DNA from: an uncultured Actinomycetes bacterium
Lineage (GTDB): Bacteria > Actinomycetota > CADDZG01 > JAHWKV01
DNA: 64,000 nt
Reading direction: 5' to 3'
Assembly (NCBI GenBank): GCA_964501265.1
Contig: CAZCSK010000001.1
Location: 86,314-150,313 of the forward strand
Below the pieces are notes generated by a model, which saw only the letters and a list, made by a program, of their open reading frames with translations, was not told the origin of the DNA and made no database searches. Both the position numbers and the translations under genes were made by a program. Below, piece after piece: positions 17,475 to 26,684 of this stretch. Positions within the stretch are counted from its first letter, which is position 1; each line of letters begins with the position of its first letter.

Positions 17475-19093
17475 AGATCGCCGTCTACAACCGCTACTGG
17501 CAGACCCTCGGAGGAGGCGAACGGTACACCGGTTCCGTGGCCCAGGCGCTCGCGGCAAAACATGACGTGACCTTGCTCACCAACGATCCCCTGGACCTCG
17601 AACTCATCAGCGAACGCCTTGACCTCGACCTTTCGGGGGTTCGCGTCCAACAGATCACCGATGCAGGACGACTGGCACTAAAGCGCGCCACCGAAAGCTT
17701 CGACCTTTTTGTCAACTGCTCCCATCTGAGTGAAGATGCCAACGGAGCGCGTCGTGGGATCAAGATGGTCCAGTTTCCGACTGCTCATCTAACTTTCCTC
17801 CAGCACCTAAACATCAGGCTTTTGGGGCGCTTCGTAAGATCACGTCAGGCACGTCTGGAATGGGGGGTTGGTTTCTATCCACCCGAAGGAAACTTGCTCA
17901 GAGCCTATCGCTGGACCAGCAGCGAGAGAGTCGTATTAAGGGTCTTCGCGCCGCTGGACGAAGAAACTGAGCTGTCGCTACTTATAGGTTCGCGGCCTAA
18001 GGATGCAGGTTCGGATTCGATCAAAGTCGAAGTCGACGGGGTCAATCTGGCAATGGTCCCTTGGAGTTTCACGGGTGGGACGCGCGTCCGCGTTTCGGTG
18101 CGCGGCCTTGGGCTGGATTCGCCCGTCGAGGTGATCCTTCGTAGCGACACTTTTGTTCCAGCGGAGATTGGCCTGGGAAATGACATACGCAGACTTGGGT
18201 TTCCCTTGCTGTCGGTCAGAGTTGGTAAGCGAATCACCGGAAATCCGCGTTTCAAAGACCTAGCGTCGTTCGCGGCCCCCAGACCTGTCGAGGCCATCGA
18301 CGGCGCGCTTGGTACTGTCGGACTCAGGCTCGGATGGCAATACCCCTACCTTCGCGAGCCCAAACCAAATCTCGGCGACCATCTGGATACCTACGACCGG
18401 GTCGTCTCCATTTCGGAGTTCACCCGGAAGTGGGTCAAGATTCGATGGGATCGCGATAGTGACATCCTCTATCCGGCGGTTCCCCAGATTCCGGGGAGAG
18501 CCAAGGAGAACATCATCCTGTCAGTGGGAAGGTTCTTCGATCGCAAGCACGGACACTCGAAGAAACAACTCGACATGGTGCGCGCATTCAGATCGATGAT
18601 CGAAAGGGGCCTCGGCGGATGGGAACTGCATCTTTGCGGGGGCGTTAGCCCTGAGCAAGTTGAATACCTGGATCGTGTACGCGAAGAGGCGGAGGGGCTT
18701 CCAATTCGTATCCACGTGGACGTTTCCGGAGAGGTTCTGAAGGACCTTTATTCGCGCGCAGCGATCTATTGGCATGCCACCGGATTAGGTGAGAAGGAAT
18801 CGAAAGACCCACACCTGTTCGAACACTTTGGAATAACTACCGTCGAAGCGATGTCCGCGGGGGCGGTGCCGGTCGTGATTGGGAAGGCAGGTCAAATTGA
18901 GATCGTGACAGACGGGGTGGACGGCTTTCACTTCCAGAATCTCGGAGAGTTAGTCGGCAAGACAATGCGATTGATCCAAGATGAGGCGCTCCGCAGATCG
19001 TTATCACAGGCCGCGATCCATCGAGCGAAGGATTTTGCCATCGAGCGCTTTTCCGAGCGACTCGAAGAGATCGTGCAACAAGTAGTCGGGTAA
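17471..19093 (+). CDS. GT4 (GT-B) glycosyltransferase with inserted domain; paralog 2
   Basis: MKIAVYNRYW…VGRFFDRKHGHSKKQLDMV…EHFGITTVEAMSAGAVPVV… ~50% identical to the upstream gene. GTG start overlaps the upstream stop. Confidence 0.7.
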   Translation: MKIAVYNRYWQTLGGGERYTGSVAQALAAKHDVTLLTNDPLDLELISERLDLDLSGVRVQQITDAGRLALKRATESFDLFVNCSHLSEDANGARRGIKMVQFPTAHLTFLQHLNIRLLGRFVRSRQARLEWGVGFYPPEGNLLRAYRWTSSERVVLRVFAPLDEETELSLLIGSRPKDAGSDSIKVEVDGVNLAMVPWSFTGGTRVRVSVRGLGLDSPVEVILRSDTFVPAEIGLGNDIRRLGFPLLSVRVGKRITGNPRFKDLASFAAPRPVEAIDGALGTVGLRLGWQYPYLREPKPNLGDHLDTYDRVVSISEFTRKWVKIRWDRDSDILYPAVPQIPGRAKENIILSVGRFFDRKHGHSKKQLDMVRAFRSMIERGLGGWELHLCGGVSPEQVEYLDRVREEAEGLPIRIHVDVSGEVLKDLYSRAAIYWHATGLGEKESKDPHLFEHFGITTVEAMSAGAVPVVIGKAGQIEIVTDGVDGFHFQNLGELVGKTMRLIQDEALRRSLSQAAIHRAKDFAIERFSERLEEIVQQVVG

Positions 19094-19133
19094 AATCCGA
19101 TAGCTTGACCGCGTAACGGAAGAAGATAGTGGA

Positions 19134-21878
19134 ATGCTGCGTAGAGTCCTAGTTTCAATTGCCTTGCTTGGCTCTCTCCTCGTCAGGGCACCAATTCCTG
19201 CATTGGGCGGACCTAGTTCGTTTGTCTTTCAGGGGGGAGGCTTCGGGCACGGAATTGGAATGAGCCAGTACGGCGCGCTCGGGATGGCCCGCGCCGGTTT
19301 CCCGTACGACCAGATCCTTAAGCACTACTACACCGGGGTGACGGTGGGCTCACGAGCATTGCCCCCCACTATCAGAGTGGGCCTCCGGCAAACCGACGGC
19401 GGCTTTCGCCTTTCGGGAAACGGGCTCTTCACCTTCTCCACATCGATCGACGGAGCAGCAATGTCCACCGGCAACACAGACGAGTGGTGGGACATCCGCC
19501 GCGAGGGATCGTCGGTCTTTCTTCTCGCCCCGCCGGCCCGCGTCCAACAGGGAGAACCTGCCGAGCGGGGACCTTTCGCCCAGATATGGCAGCGACCGGC
19601 ATCGGGCGTTCTACTGAAGTTCGTCGAATTTGTAAGTCCATCCTGGAAGGTAACCGGCGAGTACGCACACGGGCGCATACAAGTGAAGGCAAGCGCTGCG
19701 GCGACCACCACGCACGTGGTTCTCGATGCGATCTCGCTCGAAGAGTACGTCTATGGAGTTGCGGAGGTTCCTTCATCTTGGCCAGCGGAAGCAAAGAAGG
19801 CGCAGGCGGTCGCGGCTCGCACCTACGCGGGCAAGAAGGCGGAGGAACAACAAAACCGAAGCAGTTGTTCGTGCGCGGTCGTCGACGACACCCGTGACCA
19901 AGTGTACGCAGGATGGATCAAGGAAACCCCCGCGTGGACGAGCGCGGTTGATGCCACTGCTTCAGTAGTGGTCACGTACGCCGGGGTGATGGTTTCTACG
20001 TTTTACTCCTCTTCGTCCGGCGGATACACCGAGGACAACGAAAAGGTTTGGGGAGGCAGCGCCATCCCGTACCTGCGCGCTGTCTCGGACCTGTACGACA
20101 ATCAGCCGGAAAACTCCCGCTGGCGATGGACGATTTCGGTTTCAGCAGAAGAGTTGAGCAATCGGATCAACAGTTACTTGACCTCTATTGGCCGGCCCCA
20201 GGTGGGAATCGTTCAAGACCTTCTTTATCCGGCGCCGCGCGGGCACGCTGGCCGCATCATCGTGATCAGTGGTAGCGGTGGGGGCGTGACAGTCATCGGA
20301 TCAAGCGCAACCGCGCGGCTTTCAGGCGACCAGTTCAGGTCTGCAGCGAAGTTGCCCAGCTCACTCATCTTCCCATCGATAAACGAACCCACTCGCGACG
20401 TTTCGGGTGGGTACGTGGCAGACGCACGCGGGGGCCTTCATCCTTTCGGCGGAGCGGGGCCGGCAGTGGGTGGCGCCTACTTGAGCCAACCTATAGTGCG
20501 AGACGCGATCTACAGGACTGACGGACGGGGAGGCTATGTTCTCGACGGACGCGGAGGTCTTGCAAGGATCAATGGTGCGCCCGAAATTGGCTCGGCTCCC
20601 GCGTTTGGCATCGACATAGCGCGATCCATGGCCATCACCCCCGACGGATCCGGTGGTTACGTTGTCGACGGATACGGCGGCATCCATAGTTTGGGAAGCG
20701 CGCCGCCCCTTACTGGGAGCCCGTACTGGCAGGGATGGGACATTGCCCGCGCAATTGCTCTTTCTCCCGACGGACTTGGCGGCTATATGTTGGATGGTTT
20801 TGGCGGGCTTCATCCTCTCGGCAACGCCGCGCCAGCGGTTGATCTGCCGTACTTCGGATTTGACATCGCCCGGGATCTGATCATGAGGAGGGACGGAAGC
20901 GGCGGTTATGTGCTCGACGGTTTTGGAGGGATCCACCCGTTCAACGGCGCTCCCGCAATTTCGTCTTCCGGGTATCACGCCGGCGTCGACTCGGCAGCGG
21001 CTCTAGTTCTTCGCAACAAAGGCGTCGGTGGTTATGTGCTCGAACGCTCCGGCGCCCTCGTGGCGGTTGGGGGAGCGCCGGGAGTGTCAACGACTGGCTA
21101 CTTCGACTCGGGCGCTGCCCGGGGAGTCCTCCTTCCTCCCGACCCCGAGGGGTACATCCTTTCGAGCGAGGGCCCAGTGAGCGCGTTCGGTCTGGCGCCG
21201 GCCCTTGTCGGCGCGCCTAATTTTGGCATGGACATCGCGCGCGACCTCGCCCTTCGTCCAAACAGAACCGGATTCGTGCTCGACGGATATGGAGGATTGC
21301 ATCCTGTAGGGGTCGGGGCCCCCGCAGCGATCGGTGGCTCGTATTTCTCCGGACAGGATCGAGTTCGTCGGATCGCGCTGACAACCGACGGAAGTTACGG
21401 ATACGCGATGGATGCCGACGGAAGCCTGTACCCATTCGACGGCGCACCCGCGGTAACGGAGACTTCAACCTGGTGGCCGGATGGCTTCGATGTGGCGCGC
21501 GACTTCGTGCTTCGTCCATCGGGAGGCGGCTACCTCATAGACCGGGGAGGACTGGTTCACGAATTCGGTGGAGCGCCAGCAGTTTCAAGCTCGTGGTACG
21601 TAGGAGGAGAAGATCGCGCTCGAGCCCTTGCCCTCTTGGCCGACGGACAGTCGGGGTATGTCCTTGAAGTAAACGGCGTCCTGCATCAATTCGGTAGCGC
21701 GCCACCACTCGAATCTGGAGTGGTCATCGCCGACGCTCGCGACCTGATTCTGCGTCCGGACGGCCGTTCGGGCTGGATCGTCGGTGTTTCGTTAATCCAT
21801 CCTTTCGGTGGAGCGCCTCCAGTCTCGGGTGGATTGCCTTCCGACAAAGCAGCTCGGGCCGGCGTGGGAACCTCCTAG
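19134..21878 (+). CDS. SpoIID/LytB-domain cell-wall protein with C-terminal array (~12x) of 'LDGxGGxHP…DIAR' repeats
   Basis: Signal peptide; the SpoIID/LytB hallmark GGGFGHGIGMSQYGALGMA…YDQILKHYYTG. Residues ~413-914 are ~42-aa repeats, e.g. GGYVLDGFGGIHPFNGAPAI…, GFVLDGYGGLHPVGVGAPAAIGGSYFSGQDRVRRIAL. Confidence 0.8.
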   Translation: MLRRVLVSIALLGSLLVRAPIPALGGPSSFVFQGGGFGHGIGMSQYGALGMARAGFPYDQILKHYYTGVTVGSRALPPTIRVGLRQTDGGFRLSGNGLFTFSTSIDGAAMSTGNTDEWWDIRREGSSVFLLAPPARVQQGEPAERGPFAQIWQRPASGVLLKFVEFVSPSWKVTGEYAHGRIQVKASAAATTTHVVLDAISLEEYVYGVAEVPSSWPAEAKKAQAVAARTYAGKKAEEQQNRSSCSCAVVDDTRDQVYAGWIKETPAWTSAVDATASVVVTYAGVMVSTFYSSSSGGYTEDNEKVWGGSAIPYLRAVSDLYDNQPENSRWRWTISVSAEELSNRINSYLTSIGRPQVGIVQDLLYPAPRGHAGRIIVISGSGGGVTVIGSSATARLSGDQFRSAAKLPSSLIFPSINEPTRDVSGGYVADARGGLHPFGGAGPAVGGAYLSQPIVRDAIYRTDGRGGYVLDGRGGLARINGAPEIGSAPAFGIDIARSMAITPDGSGGYVVDGYGGIHSLGSAPPLTGSPYWQGWDIARAIALSPDGLGGYMLDGFGGLHPLGNAAPAVDLPYFGFDIARDLIMRRDGSGGYVLDGFGGIHPFNGAPAISSSGYHAGVDSAAALVLRNKGVGGYVLERSGALVAVGGAPGVSTTGYFDSGAARGVLLPPDPEGYILSSEGPVSAFGLAPALVGAPNFGMDIARDLALRPNRTGFVLDGYGGLHPVGVGAPAAIGGSYFSGQDRVRRIALTTDGSYGYAMDADGSLYPFDGAPAVTETSTWWPDGFDVARDFVLRPSGGGYLIDRGGLVHEFGGAPAVSSSWYVGGEDRARALALLADGQSGYVLEVNGVLHQFGSAPPLESGVVIADARDLILRPDGRSGWIVGVSLIHPFGGAPPVSGGLPSDKAARAGVGTS

Positions 21879-24186
21879 CGGGACCAACTTGAGAAACGCA
21901 ATTCGCAACTTCTTGTCCACACGGGGCTGGGAAACTGGGGGGGCGCTTGCATTCGCCTTGTTCGTTGCCTGGCCCCTTTTCCATCCTGGTCGGCTGGTAA
22001 CGGGTTTTGACACACTCACTTATTCGGTCCCCAATCACGCCGTTTCCATCGCGGCTCTGCGGGCGGGCCGTCTCCCGGCGTGGAACCCCTACATCTTTGG
22101 CGGGGCCCCTCACCTGGCTAACCCGCAGGTCGGGATCTTTTATCCACTCAAGTGGGCCTCGATCTTCGTCTCGCCTCATCGAGGACTTGTTCTACTGACC
22201 GGTCTGCATCTTCTCATTCTGGCACTCGGGATGGTCGTGCTCGTCGGAGGCGCTCTCAAGTTGCGACGGCCAGCCGCGTTGATTGCCGCAGTGATCGCTA
22301 CTGGCTCGGGAGTGGCTATGGCTCAGTCACTGCATTTCGAGCAGATCCTCACAATCGCTTGGGCCCCTTGGTTGCTGGCGGCGGTGGACGCCGCAGCTGC
22401 AGGAACGATCCGAATCCGCCGGGGAGTTGCGGCCGTAGCCTTAACTTGCGGACTCATGATTCTGGCCGGACACCAGCAACCCGCTTACGTGGTGCTCGTG
22501 CTGGCAGTTGCTTGGGCTTTGGCGCGGTGCATCGAGGTCAAATCAGTTACTCGTTTCCTCGGAGTGCTGGGCGGATTGCTGCTCGGGTTGGGCCTGGCTG
22601 CCGTTCAGCTTGTACCGACACTCGACCTTGTTAGTCGCTCGGTACGCGAGGGCGGACTCGCAATCAAAGGGCTCAGCGCCCCAGGCTACCTGCTCAATCT
22701 ACGCGACCTGCCGGCCGTACTCCTGGGCAACTCAGTTGCGCGTTCGATCATTAATGCTACCGGCGGCGTCGAAGCTAGCGCCTACATTGGCGCTGCAGGG
22801 TTTGTTCTCGTTCTCGTCGGTCTGATCGTGAGCATCAAGGTCGGGCGGCGAGTCTTGATCCTCACCCTCGCGGCGTCGGTGTTGGTCGCCACCATTTTGG
22901 CAGCAGGACCGGTCACGCCCTTCTTTCGCGCCGCCCACGCGGTCATTCCCGGCTTCTCGCTGTTTCGCGTTCCCGCACGCTGGGTGCTTGCGACAGACCT
23001 CGCACTCGCCGTCCTGGCCGGTTTCGGCGTTGACGCAATCGTGCAGAGGCATGTGCGGAGACGTGACGTCGTCGTCGTGCTGGCGGTCGGGGTGGTGATC
23101 GCGGTGCTCATCGGTGTGCGGGCTCTGCATCGCCCCTCGGGACCCGCAGTTATTGTTTGGCTGATCGCCGGAGGCACAATACTTGCGGGGGCTGCGATGG
23201 CGGGTCGCTTAGGCCGTCGACGGTTTGGGTTGGCGGTTCTCATACTTCTTCCCGTCCTCGAGCTTGGTGGCGCTGCGTCCCAGTCAACGCTTCCGAAACT
23301 CGCTCTCGACCTGCCGTTGCGCATTTATCCTCAGGCTGGAGATTCCGTGAAATTTCTTCAGGGGCATCCCGGGCGGACGCTTCCACTTGGGGGGGATCCC
23401 CAGGGCGCCCCCTTTTATAGCGCCGCTACATTGCGCCCCAACCTCAACGCGACGTACGGCGTCCGATCTCTCGATGGATACGATGGCGGCCCCCAAGTTT
23501 CGCGCCGTTGGGTACGCGCAATGGAGAGCCTGACCAAGCAGCCCTTTAACCCCGACCTCACTCTCAAGGCTCAGATGCCAGTCCCACTCGATGCCGAGAT
23601 GCTGGCCCGTTTCGGTGTGCGCTGGGCCCTTCTCGACACTGACATCAACCCCCCAAGTGTCGTCGTCCCAGGTTGGGGAGAGTCCGTTGCCCGTGAAGGA
23701 AACATTGGGGTGTGGGAAAACCCGCGGTACCAGGGGGAAGGATTTCTTTACGCGGCGACGAAGCCCCTAGGGAATCGCCCCGGTGAATCCCTCCGTGCTC
23801 TTGGGCTTGAAAGCAACTCGATCGCGCTTGTCGAGTCAGACGGCCCAGTCCTTGCCTGCTCCCTCGAGTGTGCAAGGTCTCCCGTCCCGGTAGGTCGTCC
23901 CCGGCCCGAGCGGATGACTGTCAATACCCAATCCGTTTCCCCCTCACTTCTGGTTGTGGCAGAACAGTGGGATCCGGGCTGGCGCGCCGAAGTGGACGGC
24001 AAGAAAGCGGTGGCGATACCGGTAGACGGATTCATGCTCGGGGTTTCGCTGCCCCCAGGCCATCACCGAATCAGACTCACATATCACGTCCCCGGCCTCG
24101 CGATTGGAACATCCCTGACGCTGCTTAGCTTGGCAATCACAACATTGCTGACGGTGAAGAGGCGCGCCGTTAACGCGTCGTTATGA
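21808..24186 (+). CDS. Large polytopic membrane protein, YfhO/GT-C-like (putative extracytoplasmic glycosyltransferase)
   Basis: ~13 predicted TM helices and an N-terminal region resembling YfhO-family proteins (…PAWNPYIFGGAPHLANPQVGIFYPL…), plus a large C-terminal extracytoplasmic domain. The true start may be TTG 21889, because the ORF-track start overlaps SpoIID by 70 nt. Confidence 0.55.
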   Translation: MERLQSRVDCLPTKQLGPAWEPPSGTNLRNAIRNFLSTRGWETGGALAFALFVAWPLFHPGRLVTGFDTLTYSVPNHAVSIAALRAGRLPAWNPYIFGGAPHLANPQVGIFYPLKWASIFVSPHRGLVLLTGLHLLILALGMVVLVGGALKLRRPAALIAAVIATGSGVAMAQSLHFEQILTIAWAPWLLAAVDAAAAGTIRIRRGVAAVALTCGLMILAGHQQPAYVVLVLAVAWALARCIEVKSVTRFLGVLGGLLLGLGLAAVQLVPTLDLVSRSVREGGLAIKGLSAPGYLLNLRDLPAVLLGNSVARSIINATGGVEASAYIGAAGFVLVLVGLIVSIKVGRRVLILTLAASVLVATILAAGPVTPFFRAAHAVIPGFSLFRVPARWVLATDLALAVLAGFGVDAIVQRHVRRRDVVVVLAVGVVIAVLIGVRALHRPSGPAVIVWLIAGGTILAGAAMAGRLGRRRFGLAVLILLPVLELGGAASQSTLPKLALDLPLRIYPQAGDSVKFLQGHPGRTLPLGGDPQGAPFYSAATLRPNLNATYGVRSLDGYDGGPQVSRRWVRAMESLTKQPFNPDLTLKAQMPVPLDAEMLARFGVRWALLDTDINPPSVVVPGWGESVAREGNIGVWENPRYQGEGFLYAATKPLGNRPGESLRALGLESNSIALVESDGPVLACSLECARSPVPVGRPRPERMTVNTQSVSPSLLVVAEQWDPGWRAEVDGKKAVAIPVDGFMLGVSLPPGHHRIRLTYHVPGLAIGTSLTLLSLAITTLLTVKRRAVNASL

Positions 24187-26059
24187 CCGCCCGGGCAACA
24201 TCCAGGCCCACCCATGTGCTTGATTGCGGCAGTCCAGGGGCATTACCGAACGTCCAGATCCTCCCGATGGAATCAAGCACCCAACCTCCTCCTCCGTCTG
24301 AGGTAAGAGCCAGTCCGCGCGCAGTGTCTTGGCCGGGTGCGTAGTAATTCGGAGACATCGATGGGGCTCCACCAAAGGAGTGAAGTCCACCCCAGCCGTC
24401 GAGCACGTACCCACTAATGCCATCTGGGCGCAAAGCGATCGCTCTTGCAATATCAAATCCGAAATAGGGAACGCCCAGTACCTTGGAAGCGACCCCCAGC
24501 GGGTGGACCCCGCCAAAGCCATCTAGGACGTAGCCGGCCGTGCCTGATGCATTCACAGCAATTCCCCGGGCGATATCCCACCCCCAATAAGGGCCACCAC
24601 GAGGAAGGGCGGCGCCACCGAATGGGTGAACACCTCCGTAGGCGTCAAGAACGTAGCCTGTCCCATTCGCCGGACCTTTAGCGGCCCCTCGCACTATGTC
24701 CCACCCGGCCCAATAGGAGTTCCCGGAGATCGGCAACGCGTCGCCATAAGGATGTAACCCGCCATATCCGTCAACGACATACCCGCCGCTGCTCGACCCG
24801 ATTGCGGCGCGCGCAATCGGCCACTTTGCCCAGTAGGAAGAGTGAGTCACCGCCGCTTGGCGCCCGGCGGGGTGCAGCCCTCCGTAACCGTCAAGCGTCA
24901 AGAGGCCCGGCCCGCTCGCTGCGGGGGTCCAACCGGGCAACGGGTGTGGCGGCGTGGAAAACACTTCCGACTGCACGTCGATACGCAGCTGGGGGATTAA
25001 GGGATAAGCGCGATCCCCTGGGCAGGCGGTTGCCGACACGTCTCGATGCCCACTGATCACGTCGAGCGTCACGTTCGTACCCGCTGGATAGCGCGTTGAC
25101 CCGCCGCTCACCGCCTGAATCTGAGCGCGTGAGTCGACTGTGTGATGGGTGAGTTTCCAGGCAAGTAGAGAACGCAACGCGGAACGAGAGGCGACCGGAA
25201 CCGGCACTGGCCCGTGCTCGCCAATCAAAGCGACACCTGTACTGCCGGTGTTGAACCCCCCGGAGTGCGCACCGATTACAGGTTTGGTCGTGCCTCCGAA
25301 CCGGCCCTCGTACACTCGGCCGAACCGATCGATAAGAAAGTTGTAACCGATGTCGCACCACCCGTTGCCAAGAACGTGGTAACGGTAGATGGCGCGCACA
25401 ATCGCCGGGGCCTCTTCTGCTGTGTAAGTGTTGGCGTTGACCGTGTGATGAACGAACGAATTCCTTAGTGAGCCAGCGTATTCGGGGGTTCCACAACCAG
25501 AGTTGGACGTGCGCAGGCTTTCATCGGCCCCCCATTCGGCGCGCGAGATTATCCCTGGCTGAGCAGGGGTCGCCGTCGCCGGAGAAATAGTGAACGGGCG
25601 AGGCTGCGAAACCTCCGAATGAATTAGATGCATCTTCAGCTGCGCGAGCGATCCCTCGGTGACTCGCACGTCCAGCGCGTCGACTCCACGCCCGATCCAG
25701 GTTGGGCCCGCCGATGTGGTGGCGCGATTCTCCATCGAACTCGGGTCCGGGCCTTCGTCGGGGTTGCCGTAAAGCTCGGTCCAGGGGGACCACCCGTCTC
25801 CTCTTCTAAGACGAATCTCCACTGCGCCCTCCACGTGGCCTTGCCACTCGAACCCAACGACTTCCGCCGGCTTGCTTAGCGACAGGAAACGGCGGTATCC
25901 GGGAGATGCTTCTTGAAGTGAACCGGACGCCAGGTCAACGATCCGGCTTTCCACGCGGGGCGGCCTCTGCTGCGGCGCGACCAAACCAGCCGATACCAAC
26001 GACAAAGCCACTACCAGCGGAGGCAGCCTTAAGGACCATCGATTCATGTGTGAAGACAC
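24170..26059 (-). CDS. N-acetylmuramoyl-L-alanine amidase (Amidase_2/PGRP domain) with C-terminal 'LDGxGGxHP…DIAR' repeats (~6x)
   Basis: Signal peptide; Amidase_2 motifs …FVHHTVNANTYTAEEAPAIVRAIYRYHVLGNGWCDIGYNFLIDRFGRVYEGR… The C-terminal ~255 aa are repeats, e.g. GYVLDGFGGVHPLGVASKVLGVPYFGFDIARAIAL. Confidence 0.8.
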   Translation of the reverse strand: MSSHMNRWSLRLPPLVVALSLVSAGLVAPQQRPPRVESRIVDLASGSLQEASPGYRRFLSLSKPAEVVGFEWQGHVEGAVEIRLRRGDGWSPWTELYGNPDEGPDPSSMENRATTSAGPTWIGRGVDALDVRVTEGSLAQLKMHLIHSEVSQPRPFTISPATATPAQPGIISRAEWGADESLRTSNSGCGTPEYAGSLRNSFVHHTVNANTYTAEEAPAIVRAIYRYHVLGNGWCDIGYNFLIDRFGRVYEGRFGGTTKPVIGAHSGGFNTGSTGVALIGEHGPVPVPVASRSALRSLLAWKLTHHTVDSRAQIQAVSGGSTRYPAGTNVTLDVISGHRDVSATACPGDRAYPLIPQLRIDVQSEVFSTPPHPLPGWTPAASGPGLLTLDGYGGLHPAGRQAAVTHSSYWAKWPIARAAIGSSSGGYVVDGYGGLHPYGDALPISGNSYWAGWDIVRGAAKGPANGTGYVLDAYGGVHPFGGAALPRGGPYWGWDIARGIAVNASGTAGYVLDGFGGVHPLGVASKVLGVPYFGFDIARAIALRPDGISGYVLDGWGGLHSFGGAPSMSPNYYAPGQDTARGLALTSDGGGGWVLDSIGRIWTFGNAPGLPQSSTWVGLDVARAVITTR

Positions 26060-26105
26060 TCTCTCTTAGTCTCGGCAATCCGGCGGGTCGGTTTAAGGGG
26101 TGACC

Positions 26106-26684
26106 TTACGGCAGCGGTCGCAGGCCCTTTAGATCGTCTATCTGTTCGTAGCTGCGGCCACACGAACAGGAAAGCTCCGCAGGCAACGTTAGCCCGCACT
26201 CGCATACCCATCCTACCCTGCGAGCGGGATTGCCGACCGTGACAGCGTGCGCAGGAACGGATCTCGTAACCGTTGCCCCTGCCCCTACGAACGCGTGCTC
26301 TCCAATGATCACTCCGCAGACGATGGTCGCATTGGCTCCTATCGTTGCACCGCGCCTCACGAGAGTCGGCGAAAACTCGTCGGGGGACTTCTTGAAGGCC
26401 GCACGCGGGTTGAGGTCGTTCGTGAACACCGCGTGAGGGCCGACGAACACGTCATCCTCTATCGTCACCTTGTCGCAGATCATGATGTAGTTCTTGATCG
26501 TGACACGGTCTCCCACGACGGCTCCGCTTTCGATGAAAGCATGCCCGCAGATGTTGCAGTCCGCTCCGACGTGCGCTCCTTGCATAATCTGGGCAAAAGC
26601 CCAAACTCGCGTCCTTGGACCGACATTTACCGATTCGCACAGGGCTTTGTCGTGCACGAATACGGATGGGTCGGGCAAAGTCAA
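26106..26684 (-). CDS. Left-handed beta-helix (hexapeptide) sugar N-acetyltransferase, WbpD/PglD-like
   Basis: Hexapeptide repeats (…IGANATIVCGVIIGEHAFVGAGATV…) with a C-terminal Cys cluster (CECG…CSCG). Translationally coupled to the upstream DegT gene. Confidence 0.75.
   Translation of the reverse strand: MTLPDPSVFVHDKALCESVNVGPRTRVWAFAQIMQGAHVGADCNICGHAFIESGAVVGDRVTIKNYIMICDKVTIEDDVFVGPHAVFTNDLNPRAAFKKSPDEFSPTLVRRGATIGANATIVCGVIIGEHAFVGAGATVTRSVPAHAVTVGNPARRVGWVCECGLTLPAELSCSCGRSYEQIDDLKGLRPLP

Noticed and set aside
19134-21878. Assigning the new repeat to FG-GAP (because of the literal string …HPFGGAP…), LGFP, PG_binding_1 or LVIVD families
   Set aside because: The order and spacing of conserved positions do not match those families' consensus as I recall them: no Ca-binding DxDxDG as in FG-GAP, no LGFP motif. 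Left as unassigned pending HMM/HHpred.
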